Source of the DNA: Myxococcota bacterium
GTDB taxonomy: Bacteria; Myxococcota_A; SURF-8
Assembly (NCBI GenBank): GCA_963668655.2
Contig: CAXXPQ010000001.1
Coordinates: forward strand, 952,768 to 1,016,767
DNA: 64,000 bases
Direction: 5' to 3'
Shown: positions 9,615 to 17,365 of the stretch, piece after piece
Layout of the letters: every line of letters starts with the position of its first letter
Position numbering within the stretch: the stretch's first letter is position 1
The notes under the pieces: model-generated
What the model was told of the DNA's origin: nothing
Seen by the model: the letters and a program-made list of their open reading frames with translations, nothing else
Databases searched by the model: none
Position numbers and translations under genes: made by a program

Positions 9615-9683
9615 ATGGGGAACGGGCTTCGCCCGCTTTCAGGAAAACGATTGCATTCATTACGCAAAACCCAGGAGCCTCCC

Positions 9684-12600
9684 ATGACGACGTTCGGAAC
9701 CGCCCGGCTTTCAAGATTCCTGCCCCTGTTGGCGCTGGCGGCGGCGCTTCTTCTCGCCGGCTGCTCGTCCTCTACCTCCCAGCCGGACGAGGAAGATCGC
9801 ACCGGCAAGCTGGGCGGCCCTTGCGCCGAGGACGGAAGCTGCGAATCCGGACTGACGTGCCACAACGGAAAATGCCTGAACCCCTCCGGAGACGGCGACC
9901 TGGACGCGCCTGAAGAGAGGGAACCGGAAGCCGAATGCGAGGAGGATATCGACTGTCCGGAGGGACATCGCTGCGAAAACGGCCGATGCGAGCTGGAACC
10001 CTCCCCGGACGGCGATCTGGACTTGGACATGGAGCCGGAAGCGGAGCCGGAGCCGGAAGCGGAACCGGAAATGGAAGAGGAAGCCCCGCCCGTTCCGGAA
10101 CTGGAGGTCACCCCGTCCCCCCTGGATTTCGGCTCCGTACCGCCAGGACAGAGCGCCGACAGAAAACTTACATTGAACAACCGGGGCGAGGGCTCCATCC
10201 GCATCGATGCGCTCACGCTCACCGGAGCGAACGGCGACTGGGGCGCTTTCTCCTTTTCCCAACCGCCCGGAACGCCGTTCACCCTGGACCCGGGCGTGCC
10301 CCAGCAGATCTCGCTGACGTTTGCCCGCGCGGCGGAAAACGAAGACGACGCACTCGCCTATCTGTCCATCTTCTCCACGGATCCGGTCGCACCCCAGCAG
10401 AGCGTATCGCTGGTGTCCTCGTATGCGGGCGCAGTGGAACTGGCCGTCGAGCCCGAAGCGGTGGAATTCGCCGTGGTGGCGGTGGGAGAAGCCGGGACCG
10501 CCCAGGTGAAGCTGAAGAACTCGGCGGAAAGCGGCGGCGGGACGCTGCGGATCACGGAACTGTCCATCGTCGGAGAGTCGGATATCTTTTCTTCCGACGG
10601 CGCGTTCCCGGCGTTGCCGCTCGAAATCGCTCCCGGCGGCGAAGAAGTTCTGAGCCTTCGCGCCGCCCCGGACGCGCCGGAGGAATTCCAGGCCGCCCTG
10701 CGGATCTTCCACAACGATCCCGCCCGGGACTATCCCCTGGAAACGCCGCTGCACGTCATCGGCATCGTTCCGCGCCTGACCGTCCAGCCGGAAGCCCTGC
10801 ACTTCGGCCCGGTGGAAGCGGGCGGCGAACTGGAACTTACCGTCCAGCTTCGAAACGGCGGCGGCGTGCCGGTGGAAGTCACCGAAGCGGCCATCGGCGG
10901 CGATCAGGCCGCCTTCTTCGAGGTTCTTTCGGACGGAACGAACGACCTGCCCGCCACAATCGCCTTAGGCGAAAGTCTGACGCTCACCGTACGCTACGCG
11001 CCCGCGGCATTGGGCGAACACGCCGCCACCTTGACCCTGCATTCCACGGACTACGACGCCGCCACCCACGAGATCCCGCTGACCGGCACCGGACTGCCCC
11101 CGGCGCTCGCCGTAACGCCGGGCCGCCTGGATTTCGGCTGCGTTCCGGTCAATCAGCGGCTCGTTCTGCCCATCCGGGTGGCGTACGGCGGCGAGGATTC
11201 CCTGGAGATCGTTTCCTCGGCCCTTTCGGGATCGTCGGCCTTTTCCGTCGCCTCGGAACCCGCCTGGCCGCTTTCGCTCGCGTCCGGAGAGGATACCACG
11301 ATCGAGATCGCCTACGCTCCCACGGCGGAGATCTCCCGGGAGACCGGCACCCTGACGCTGCGCATCGGAGAGGACAACCTGCCCTTCGAGATCGGACTTT
11401 CCGGCTGCGCCACGGCTCCGCACATGGAACTGGCCTTCGATACGCCGGAAAGCCTACAGAACGTGCAGCGTCTGCCAGAACCCATGGATGGAATGACCGA
11501 CGACGAGCGCGCCGTCTGGGTCGCCCGCGCACCCGTGCGCGTGACCAATACCGGCAGCGCGCCCCTGGAGATCAGCCACATCGGACTTTCGGGCAACGAC
11601 CTGACGCACTGGGCCATCGAGGCGGAAACGCCGCCGGATCTGCTTCCCGGGGAATCCTACACCTTTCACGTTTTGTGGGGCCCCACGGTTCTGGACGTGG
11701 TGCAGGTTCACGCCTTCGTGTGCAGCAACGCCTCCGAGGCCTCGCAGACGGACGAGGCTTGCGCGGAGGGCCACCACACGAAATCCGTCCCGCTCACCGG
11801 CCAAGCCATCGAACTGCTGATGCTGGTCAGCCCCACGGATATCGACTTCGGCTACCTGGGTCAGGATGAGGAGGACAGCCGTGACATCCAGATCTTCAAC
11901 GCCCGCCAGGCCCCGCTGCACCTGGAGTCCATCTTCATCAGCGGCAGTTCGGACATGCACATCGACGACATCAAGCTGGGGGCGGAGAGCATCGACGTGG
12001 GCGAGGAAGGACTCACCCTCACCGGCGCGCCGGGAGAAATGCTCACCGTGACGGTGCGTTTCGCCCCCGTAAGCGGCGTGGAACAGAACGCCGCGTTGGT
12101 GCTGCGCCACAACGACAAGGACAGCATGCGCCCCGCTCCCGGCGGCGGCGACAACGTGAGCGCCTATCCGGAATTCAACGTCTACCTCACCGGCAACGGC
12201 GGCGAGAACAACCCGCCGGTGGTGTTCGTGAAGTCGCCTCCGGGCGTGCCCGAGGGACTCCAGGGAACCCGCAACATCAGCGTCTCCATGGGCGAATCCG
12301 TGGTGCTCGACGGCAGCGATTCCTACGATCCCGACACCGATACCACGGGCGACTTCATCGCCCGCTGGCAGTGGGAGGTGGACGAGACGCAGGGCTTTAC
12401 CTGGTTTTCCTCCACCCAGAATTCCGGAGCACAGATCCGCTTCGACGAACCGGGATCCTACACGGTGCGGCTGACCGCCTGGGATCACTCCTCCGACGTT
12501 CCCAACATCCCCACGGCGGATTCCAAATTGGAGATCGACGTGGAGGGCGATCCGGTGGCCGTGGCCAAGGAGCGCGACACCGGGCTGACGACCGTCACCA

Positions 12601-13382
12601 CCTATCTGCGTGTGCCGCTTCTGCTCGACGGAAGCGAATCCTACGACCCGGACGGGGAAGTCGCCGCCTATCGCTGGTACTGGCGTCCGGACGGCGGCGC
12701 GGACGGCGACCCCTTCAGCGGCGCGGCCCAGCCCTCGCTTACGCTTCCCGAATCGGGAACGTACGTCGTCAGCCTGGAGGTGGAGGACGATGACGGGCGT
12801 GTGTCTCCCCGGGACGAGATCTTCGCCACCGTACTGGAAAACGACAGCATCAAGATCGAGATGACCTGGACCAACGGCGGCGACGTGGATCTGCACTGGA
12901 TTCGTCCCGGTGGAACCTTCGGCACGGCGGGCGACTGCCGGTCTGACAATCCCACGCCGGACTGGACGGCCTCGGGAGACGGACATCCGGAATTCATCCA
13001 GGCCTCGCCGGACGGCTCGGACCCGGAAATCCTGATCCACATGGACCCGAAGGACGGCTCCTATCGTTTGGTGGCGGAATACATCACCGCCGGCATCGGC
13101 TGCGGCAACCAGGAAGTCTGCGAGGATCGGCCCGACTGCGACGAATGCGGCTGTCATTGCGCCTTCTGCGCCTGGACCGGCGACTGCTGCAATACCTGCG
13201 AGATCTGCGAGACGCAGTGGGTGTGCGAACCCGTGGAGGCGAAATTGACTTTCCGGGTCTATCTGAACGGCGCGGATGCTCCCACCTGGATCCTGGACGG
13301 CGATCATCTGCGCGTGAACGGGGAAGGCGACCGCTTCGAACTGACTTTCCCGCGCAACAACGGCCTGTTCTCTTCGCCGTAG
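9684..13382 (+). CDS. Large multi-domain lipoprotein with Cys-rich modules, acidic linker, repeated Ig-like domains, PKD-like domains and a Cys-rich C-terminal beta-sandwich
   Basis: Lipobox LLLAGC|SSS. Two CxxxxxCxxGxxCxxGxC modules. A D/E/P-rich linker. At least 6 repeats of the pattern L.F(G)..(P)VG......L.L.N.G...L.I (HYDIN/ASH or choice-of-anchor-D-like). Two PKD-like repeats (LDGS.SYDPD). IEMTWTNGGDVDLHWIRPGG resembles the DUF2135 motif. The final about 110 aa include a cluster of about 13 Cys. Confidence 0.8.
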   Translation: MTTFGTARLSRFLPLLALAAALLLAGCSSSTSQPDEEDRTGKLGGPCAEDGSCESGLTCHNGKCLNPSGDGDLDAPEEREPEAECEEDIDCPEGHRCENGRCELEPSPDGDLDLDMEPEAEPEPEAEPEMEEEAPPVPELEVTPSPLDFGSVPPGQSADRKLTLNNRGEGSIRIDALTLTGANGDWGAFSFSQPPGTPFTLDPGVPQQISLTFARAAENEDDALAYLSIFSTDPVAPQQSVSLVSSYAGAVELAVEPEAVEFAVVAVGEAGTAQVKLKNSAESGGGTLRITELSIVGESDIFSSDGAFPALPLEIAPGGEEVLSLRAAPDAPEEFQAALRIFHNDPARDYPLETPLHVIGIVPRLTVQPEALHFGPVEAGGELELTVQLRNGGGVPVEVTEAAIGGDQAAFFEVLSDGTNDLPATIALGESLTLTVRYAPAALGEHAATLTLHSTDYDAATHEIPLTGTGLPPALAVTPGRLDFGCVPVNQRLVLPIRVAYGGEDSLEIVSSALSGSSAFSVASEPAWPLSLASGEDTTIEIAYAPTAEISRETGTLTLRIGEDNLPFEIGLSGCATAPHMELAFDTPESLQNVQRLPEPMDGMTDDERAVWVARAPVRVTNTGSAPLEISHIGLSGNDLTHWAIEAETPPDLLPGESYTFHVLWGPTVLDVVQVHAFVCSNASEASQTDEACAEGHHTKSVPLTGQAIELLMLVSPTDIDFGYLGQDEEDSRDIQIFNARQAPLHLESIFISGSSDMHIDDIKLGAESIDVGEEGLTLTGAPGEMLTVTVRFAPVSGVEQNAALVLRHNDKDSMRPAPGGGDNVSAYPEFNVYLTGNGGENNPPVVFVKSPPGVPEGLQGTRNISVSMGESVVLDGSDSYDPDTDTTGDFIARWQWEVDETQGFTWFSSTQNSGAQIRFDEPGSYTVRLTAWDHSSDVPNIPTADSKLEIDVEGDPVAVAKERDTGLTTVTTYLRVPLLLDGSESYDPDGEVAAYRWYWRPDGGADGDPFSGAAQPSLTLPESGTYVVSLEVEDDDGRVSPRDEIFATVLENDSIKIEMTWTNGGDVDLHWIRPGGTFGTAGDCRSDNPTPDWTASGDGHPEFIQASPDGSDPEILIHMDPKDGSYRLVAEYITAGIGCGNQEVCEDRPDCDECGCHCAFCAWTGDCCNTCEICETQWVCEPVEAKLTFRVYLNGADAPTWILDGDHLRVNGEGDRFELTFPRNNGLFSSP
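10032..10070 (+). repeat. Imperfect GAGCCG/GAAGCG hexamer repeats encoding (EPEA)n
   Basis: Read directly as gagccggaagcg gagccg gagccggaagcg gaaccggaa, within the acidic linker of the lipoprotein. Confidence 0.7.
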
Positions 13383-13445
13383 GAGAATCGCTCAGAAAAA
13401 CATGGGGGGATTTTTATGAATTTCGGGAAATTCGCAAGAATTCCT

Positions 13446-14408
13446 TCAGGTGGTTTTTCGCTTGATGACCGGTTTCAGCACCACTTTCCCGGCTTTTTCC
13501 ACCACCTTGAAGTCGATCTGGTCGGTTTTGTACTTTTTCCGGAGCGTCTCGCGTGTCTTGGCGATGTGGGCCTCGATGGTTTCCCTCTTTACGCCCTTGC
13601 CGTTCGGATCCAGCCGCTTTCTGGCCTCCATATACGTCCGCGTGATACGGTCCATGCCGCCGGACTTTCCGCCGTTTCCTCCCAAGGCGGGGGCCGGTGA
13701 CGACGGCGCGACAGCGCGCGGCCGGAGTCCGGATTCCGGCGTTCGGAAAGGGGACGGCGGCGGAATCGCGGCCTCGCTCGGAACGGGAGGCGGCATGTCG
13801 GGAGGAGCGAGGGGCAACGATTCCGAAACCGGCGTCGGAGCGGACGGACGCCCCACGGGCAGCAATCCCGTATCCGGACCGCCCAGCGGACGCTTGAAAC
13901 GCAGATTCTTGATGTCCTTTTCCTCCAGGTTCTCCAGGTTCGTCAGCCGCACGTCGTTTCGTCTCTGGCGTTCCTTGGTCGCCGGGGCGGCCATGGCGGA
14001 GGCGGCTCGGGCGGCGTTCTGGATCCGGTCCGTCTCGGATTCGCTGAATTTCGGCGCTTCCTTGCCGAAATAAGCCTGTGCCTTGCCCTTGTCGATATTG
14101 GAGGTTTTTATAAGACAGCGCTGGAACGTGCCGGATTCGATTTCGCGCATGGTGCGCGTCCAGTATTGATTCAGCGAAACGAAGCGCCCGATGAGGGACT
14201 GCAATTTGAAACGGAGCCGGGGGTTGCGTAACCGCATTTCGTTCAATCGAGTCATGATGCGGCGGATGGCGATTTTCTTGTCCGACGGATCGATCTGATC
14301 CAGACCGGCGAAGTAGACCTCGTAGGCATGGCGCAGTTTCTCGATGCGGTCTTCCAGTTCCTCCAGTTCCGCCATTCCGACACGGGCGCGAGGGTCGCTT
14401 TTCAGCAT
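13446..14408 (-). CDS. Hypothetical protein with helical N-domain, Pro-rich linker and basic C-domain
   Basis: Internal start MLKSDPRA is preceded by GGGGAGG. The ORF is coding-like and convergent with the lipoprotein gene. I could not assign a family with confidence. Confidence 0.6.
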   Translation of the reverse strand: MLKSDPRARVGMAELEELEDRIEKLRHAYEVYFAGLDQIDPSDKKIAIRRIMTRLNEMRLRNPRLRFKLQSLIGRFVSLNQYWTRTMREIESGTFQRCLIKTSNIDKGKAQAYFGKEAPKFSESETDRIQNAARAASAMAAPATKERQRRNDVRLTNLENLEEKDIKNLRFKRPLGGPDTGLLPVGRPSAPTPVSESLPLAPPDMPPPVPSEAAIPPPSPFRTPESGLRPRAVAPSSPAPALGGNGGKSGGMDRITRTYMEARKRLDPNGKGVKRETIEAHIAKTRETLRKKYKTDQIDFKVVEKAGKVVLKPVIKRKTT

Positions 14409-14645
14409 TCGATTGCCTCCCCGAAAAATACAGACGCAATGTTGAATTTTAATGAATCCGCTCCGGAGTGTCAACTTCCGATTGGAATCGACAGGGCATT
14501 TCAATTCTGAATGTTTTCCTCTTCCGATACGTGCCCTGCTCCCGGTTGTGTGGACCGGTTGACGAGTTAGAATCCGGGTTGAGAATGAGCCATGCGGCTC
14601 GACCATCTGAATCGTAGCACAAGTTTCCCTTCCAATCACCTTTTT

Positions 14646-15328
14646 CGTGATACACTTGTCGTACCCATCCGGGGGATAGGGCTCCGCTGGAGAGCGACCC
14701 GAGCGCCGGACGGGTGCTTATACCGATGGGCGCGGCTTTCTTGCCGCGTCCTTCTTTTTTGTTCTTTTCTTCAAACGCCCATCGGGCAAGCCTTAAAGCG
14801 TTAAACTCCGGGGGTTCGGGGGCAGCGCCCCCGAGAAGAAACGCCGCCGCTCCTGCTGCGGCGTCCGATATCCCAGGCTGCTGTGCGGACGAAACGTGTT
14901 GTATTTTCTGCGCCACATCTCGGTCTTCACCTGCGCCTCGCGCAAGGTCAGGAAAATCTCCATGTTCAAATGTTCGTCGCGCACCTTCGAATTGAAACTC
15001 TCGATGAAACCGTTCTGCCACGGGCTGCCCGCGTCGATGTGCAAGGTGTCCGTACCGCGCTTGTTGAGCCAGGTTTTCAGTTTCTCCGCAATGAATTCCG
15101 GGCCGTTGTCCGAGCGGAGAAACGCCGGATTGCCGTGCTGATGGAACAGATCGCCGAGAATGCAGATCAGATCCGCCGACGTGATGCCTTTGCCTACGTG
15201 GATCGCCAGGCCTTCCCGCGTGTACTCGTCCTCCACCGTCAACAGCTTGATCTGGCGACCGTTGGCCAAGGTGTCGCTCATGAAATCGTAGACAGTGTCG
15301 CCACGGGTTATTTAAGTAGTGTATCACG
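14646..15328 (-). mobile_element. Internally deleted IS3-family element (non-autonomous remnant)
   Basis: An 11-bp inverted repeat, CGTGATACACT (14646-14656) and AGTGTATCACG (15318-15328), has TG..CA termini and brackets a 5'-truncated rve-domain ORF. GC content drops locally. Confidence 0.6.
14793..15281 (-). pseudogene. Truncated IS3-family transposase OrfB (integrase core only)
   Basis: LLTVEDEYTREGLAI, SDNGPEF, GSPWQNGFIESFNSKVRDE and YNTFRPHSSLGYRTP are DDE/rve motifs. OrfA and the N-terminal third of OrfB are missing. Confidence 0.8.
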
Positions 15329-15618
15329 GATTAAAAAATGAAGAATCGTCGGAATGAGAGTGCCATCGTCTTTTTCGCGGAGCGAGGAAGGCTGTGCTTT
15401 CCATGTATTGCACAGCCTCCCGGACCTTCCGGTCCGTTCGTGAGACTATGGTACCCTTTGGAATTGTAAATTACTAATAGAAACAGATACATATCGTTTG
15501 GTTATATAGCATGTGACGACACTGCCTAGGACGGTGCGGGAAAAACCCGCCCGCCCGGCCGGAAATTTCGTCGGGAGATTTCCTGACGTTCCGGGCTCGC
15601 AATTCCCACGCCATTGAG

Positions 15619-15624
15619 TATAAT
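15619..15624 (+). promoter_or_regulatory. Candidate -10 box (TATAAT) upstream of the SSS transporter
   Basis: A perfect TATAAT lies 47 nt upstream of ATG 15671. The -35 (TCGCAA) is weak. Confidence 0.3.
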
Positions 15625-15670
15625 GATCCCGTTTCCGTAATCGTTTCCCGAACCGGAGGAAAGAACGGCA

Positions 15671-17362
15671 ATGCATCTTTCGGGTCTGGACCTTGCCATC
15701 GTCGGGACGTACCTGCTTCTGCTCCTGGGGCTGGGCATCTATCTACGTCGCCGGGCCGATCGCGGTGTGGAGGACTATTTCCTCAGCGGCAAGCGCCTGC
15801 CTTGGTACGTGGCGGGAACCAGCATGGCCGCCAGCGCGTTTTCCGCCGATACGCCGCTGTACGTCACCGACATCACCCGCCAGGGCGGTATCGGGGCCAA
15901 CTGGGAATGGTGGTGCTACGCCGTCGGCGGGGCCTTCAGCGTTTATTTCCTGGCGCGCTTCTGGCGGCGGGCGGGCGTGCTGACCGACGTGGAACTGACC
16001 GAGTTGCGCTACGACGGAAAGGGCGCTCGTTTTCTCCGGGGATTCCGGGCGCTTGTCTTCTCGCTTTTCGTCAACTGCCTGGCCATGGCGTTGGTGGTCA
16101 AGGCCATCGCCACCATCCTTTCCGACAGCCTGGGGCTGGATCCGGGCTGGCTGATTCCGCTCTGCCTGGGCGTCACGTTAGTCTATTCCCTGCTCTCCGG
16201 CTTCTGGGGCGTGGTGGTCACCGACGTGCTCCAGTTCGTGCTGGCCTTCGCCGGGGCGCTGCTTCTGGCGTTCTACGCCGTGGACGCCGTGGGCGGGCTC
16301 GGCGAAATTTCCCGAAAGCTTTCCGCTCTTCCCCCGGAATCCTCGCCGCTGAACCTGCTTCCGAAGACGGGCGCGTCCTTCTGGAAAAGCCTGCCCGCCA
16401 TGATGGCCATGCTTCTGGCCGTGCAATGGTGGGCCTTCATCAACGCCGACGGCGGCGGCAAAATCATCCAGAGGCAACTGGCAGCCAAGGATGAACGCGA
16501 GGCCGCCCGCGCCACCCTGTGGTTTCTCCTGAGTCATTACGTTCTGCGCACCTGGCCCTGGATTCTGGTGGCCCTGGCCTCCTTCGTGCTGATTCCCGAC
16601 ATGACGGAGGGAACCCGGGCCTACACCGCCGTCATGATCCGGGTTCTGCCGGACGGCCTGAAAGGCTTCATGCTGGCCACCTTCCTGGCCGCCTTCATGA
16701 GCACCATCGATACGCAATTGAACTGGGGCACCAGTTATTTCGTCAACGACTTCTACAAGCGGTTCCTGCGCCCCCGGGCGGACGACCGGGAACTAATCCT
16801 CCTGTCCCGCCTGCTGGCCGTGGCCTTTCTGCTATTGACGGGCCTGTTCACCTTTTCGGCGGAATCGGTCACCAGCCTGTTCCGCTTCCTGCTCAGCATG
16901 GGCGCGGGCGTGGGGCCGGTGTACATCCTGCGTTGGTTCTGGTGGCGGGTGAACGCCTGGACCGAGATCGTGGCCATGTGCGCCTCCATGATCGTCTCCA
17001 CCGCCTGCCGTATGAGCGGCCTTGGATTGCAGGCATCCCTGCTCGTCACCCTGGCCGTCTCGCTGCCCCTGGCGCTTGTCGTCACGTTCGTCACGCCGCC
17101 CGTGGCCCAAGGCCACTTGCGCGCCTTTTACGGGCGCGCGAAGCCGTTCGGCTTCTGGGCGGCGGTCCGCCAGGACACCGAGGAAGGCCCTGCGGACTGG
17201 AGACCGGCGCTTCTGGGATGGGCGGCCTGCACGGCCTCGATTTTCCTTCTGCTTTTCGGCCTGGGATGGCTGCTGCTCGGATCCATCCTTTCGGGAGCCG
17301 CCGCGCTTCTCTTCGGCCTGATGCTTGGATTTTGGGCCCTGCGACTGGCGGAGCAAGGCTGA
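15671..17362 (+). CDS. Sodium:solute symporter (SSS) family transporter
   Basis: 563 aa with about 13 TM segments. The N-terminal pattern DYFLSGKRLPWYVAGTSMAASAFSADTPL is typical of the SSS family. RBS GGAGGA. Confidence 0.85.
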   Translation: MHLSGLDLAIVGTYLLLLLGLGIYLRRRADRGVEDYFLSGKRLPWYVAGTSMAASAFSADTPLYVTDITRQGGIGANWEWWCYAVGGAFSVYFLARFWRRAGVLTDVELTELRYDGKGARFLRGFRALVFSLFVNCLAMALVVKAIATILSDSLGLDPGWLIPLCLGVTLVYSLLSGFWGVVVTDVLQFVLAFAGALLLAFYAVDAVGGLGEISRKLSALPPESSPLNLLPKTGASFWKSLPAMMAMLLAVQWWAFINADGGGKIIQRQLAAKDEREAARATLWFLLSHYVLRTWPWILVALASFVLIPDMTEGTRAYTAVMIRVLPDGLKGFMLATFLAAFMSTIDTQLNWGTSYFVNDFYKRFLRPRADDRELILLSRLLAVAFLLLTGLFTFSAESVTSLFRFLLSMGAGVGPVYILRWFWWRVNAWTEIVAMCASMIVSTACRMSGLGLQASLLVTLAVSLPLALVVTFVTPPVAQGHLRAFYGRAKPFGFWAAVRQDTEEGPADWRPALLGWAACTASIFLLLFGLGWLLLGSILSGAAALLFGLMLGFWALRLAEQG

Positions 17363-17365
17363 GCC

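Noticed and set aside
14449-15327. A 292-aa minus-strand ORF that appears to be a longer transposase-related gene.
   Set aside because: It is in a different frame from the rve homology (14793..15281 carries the DDE motifs), and its translation has no recognisable motifs. It is an artefact of reading through the IS remnant.
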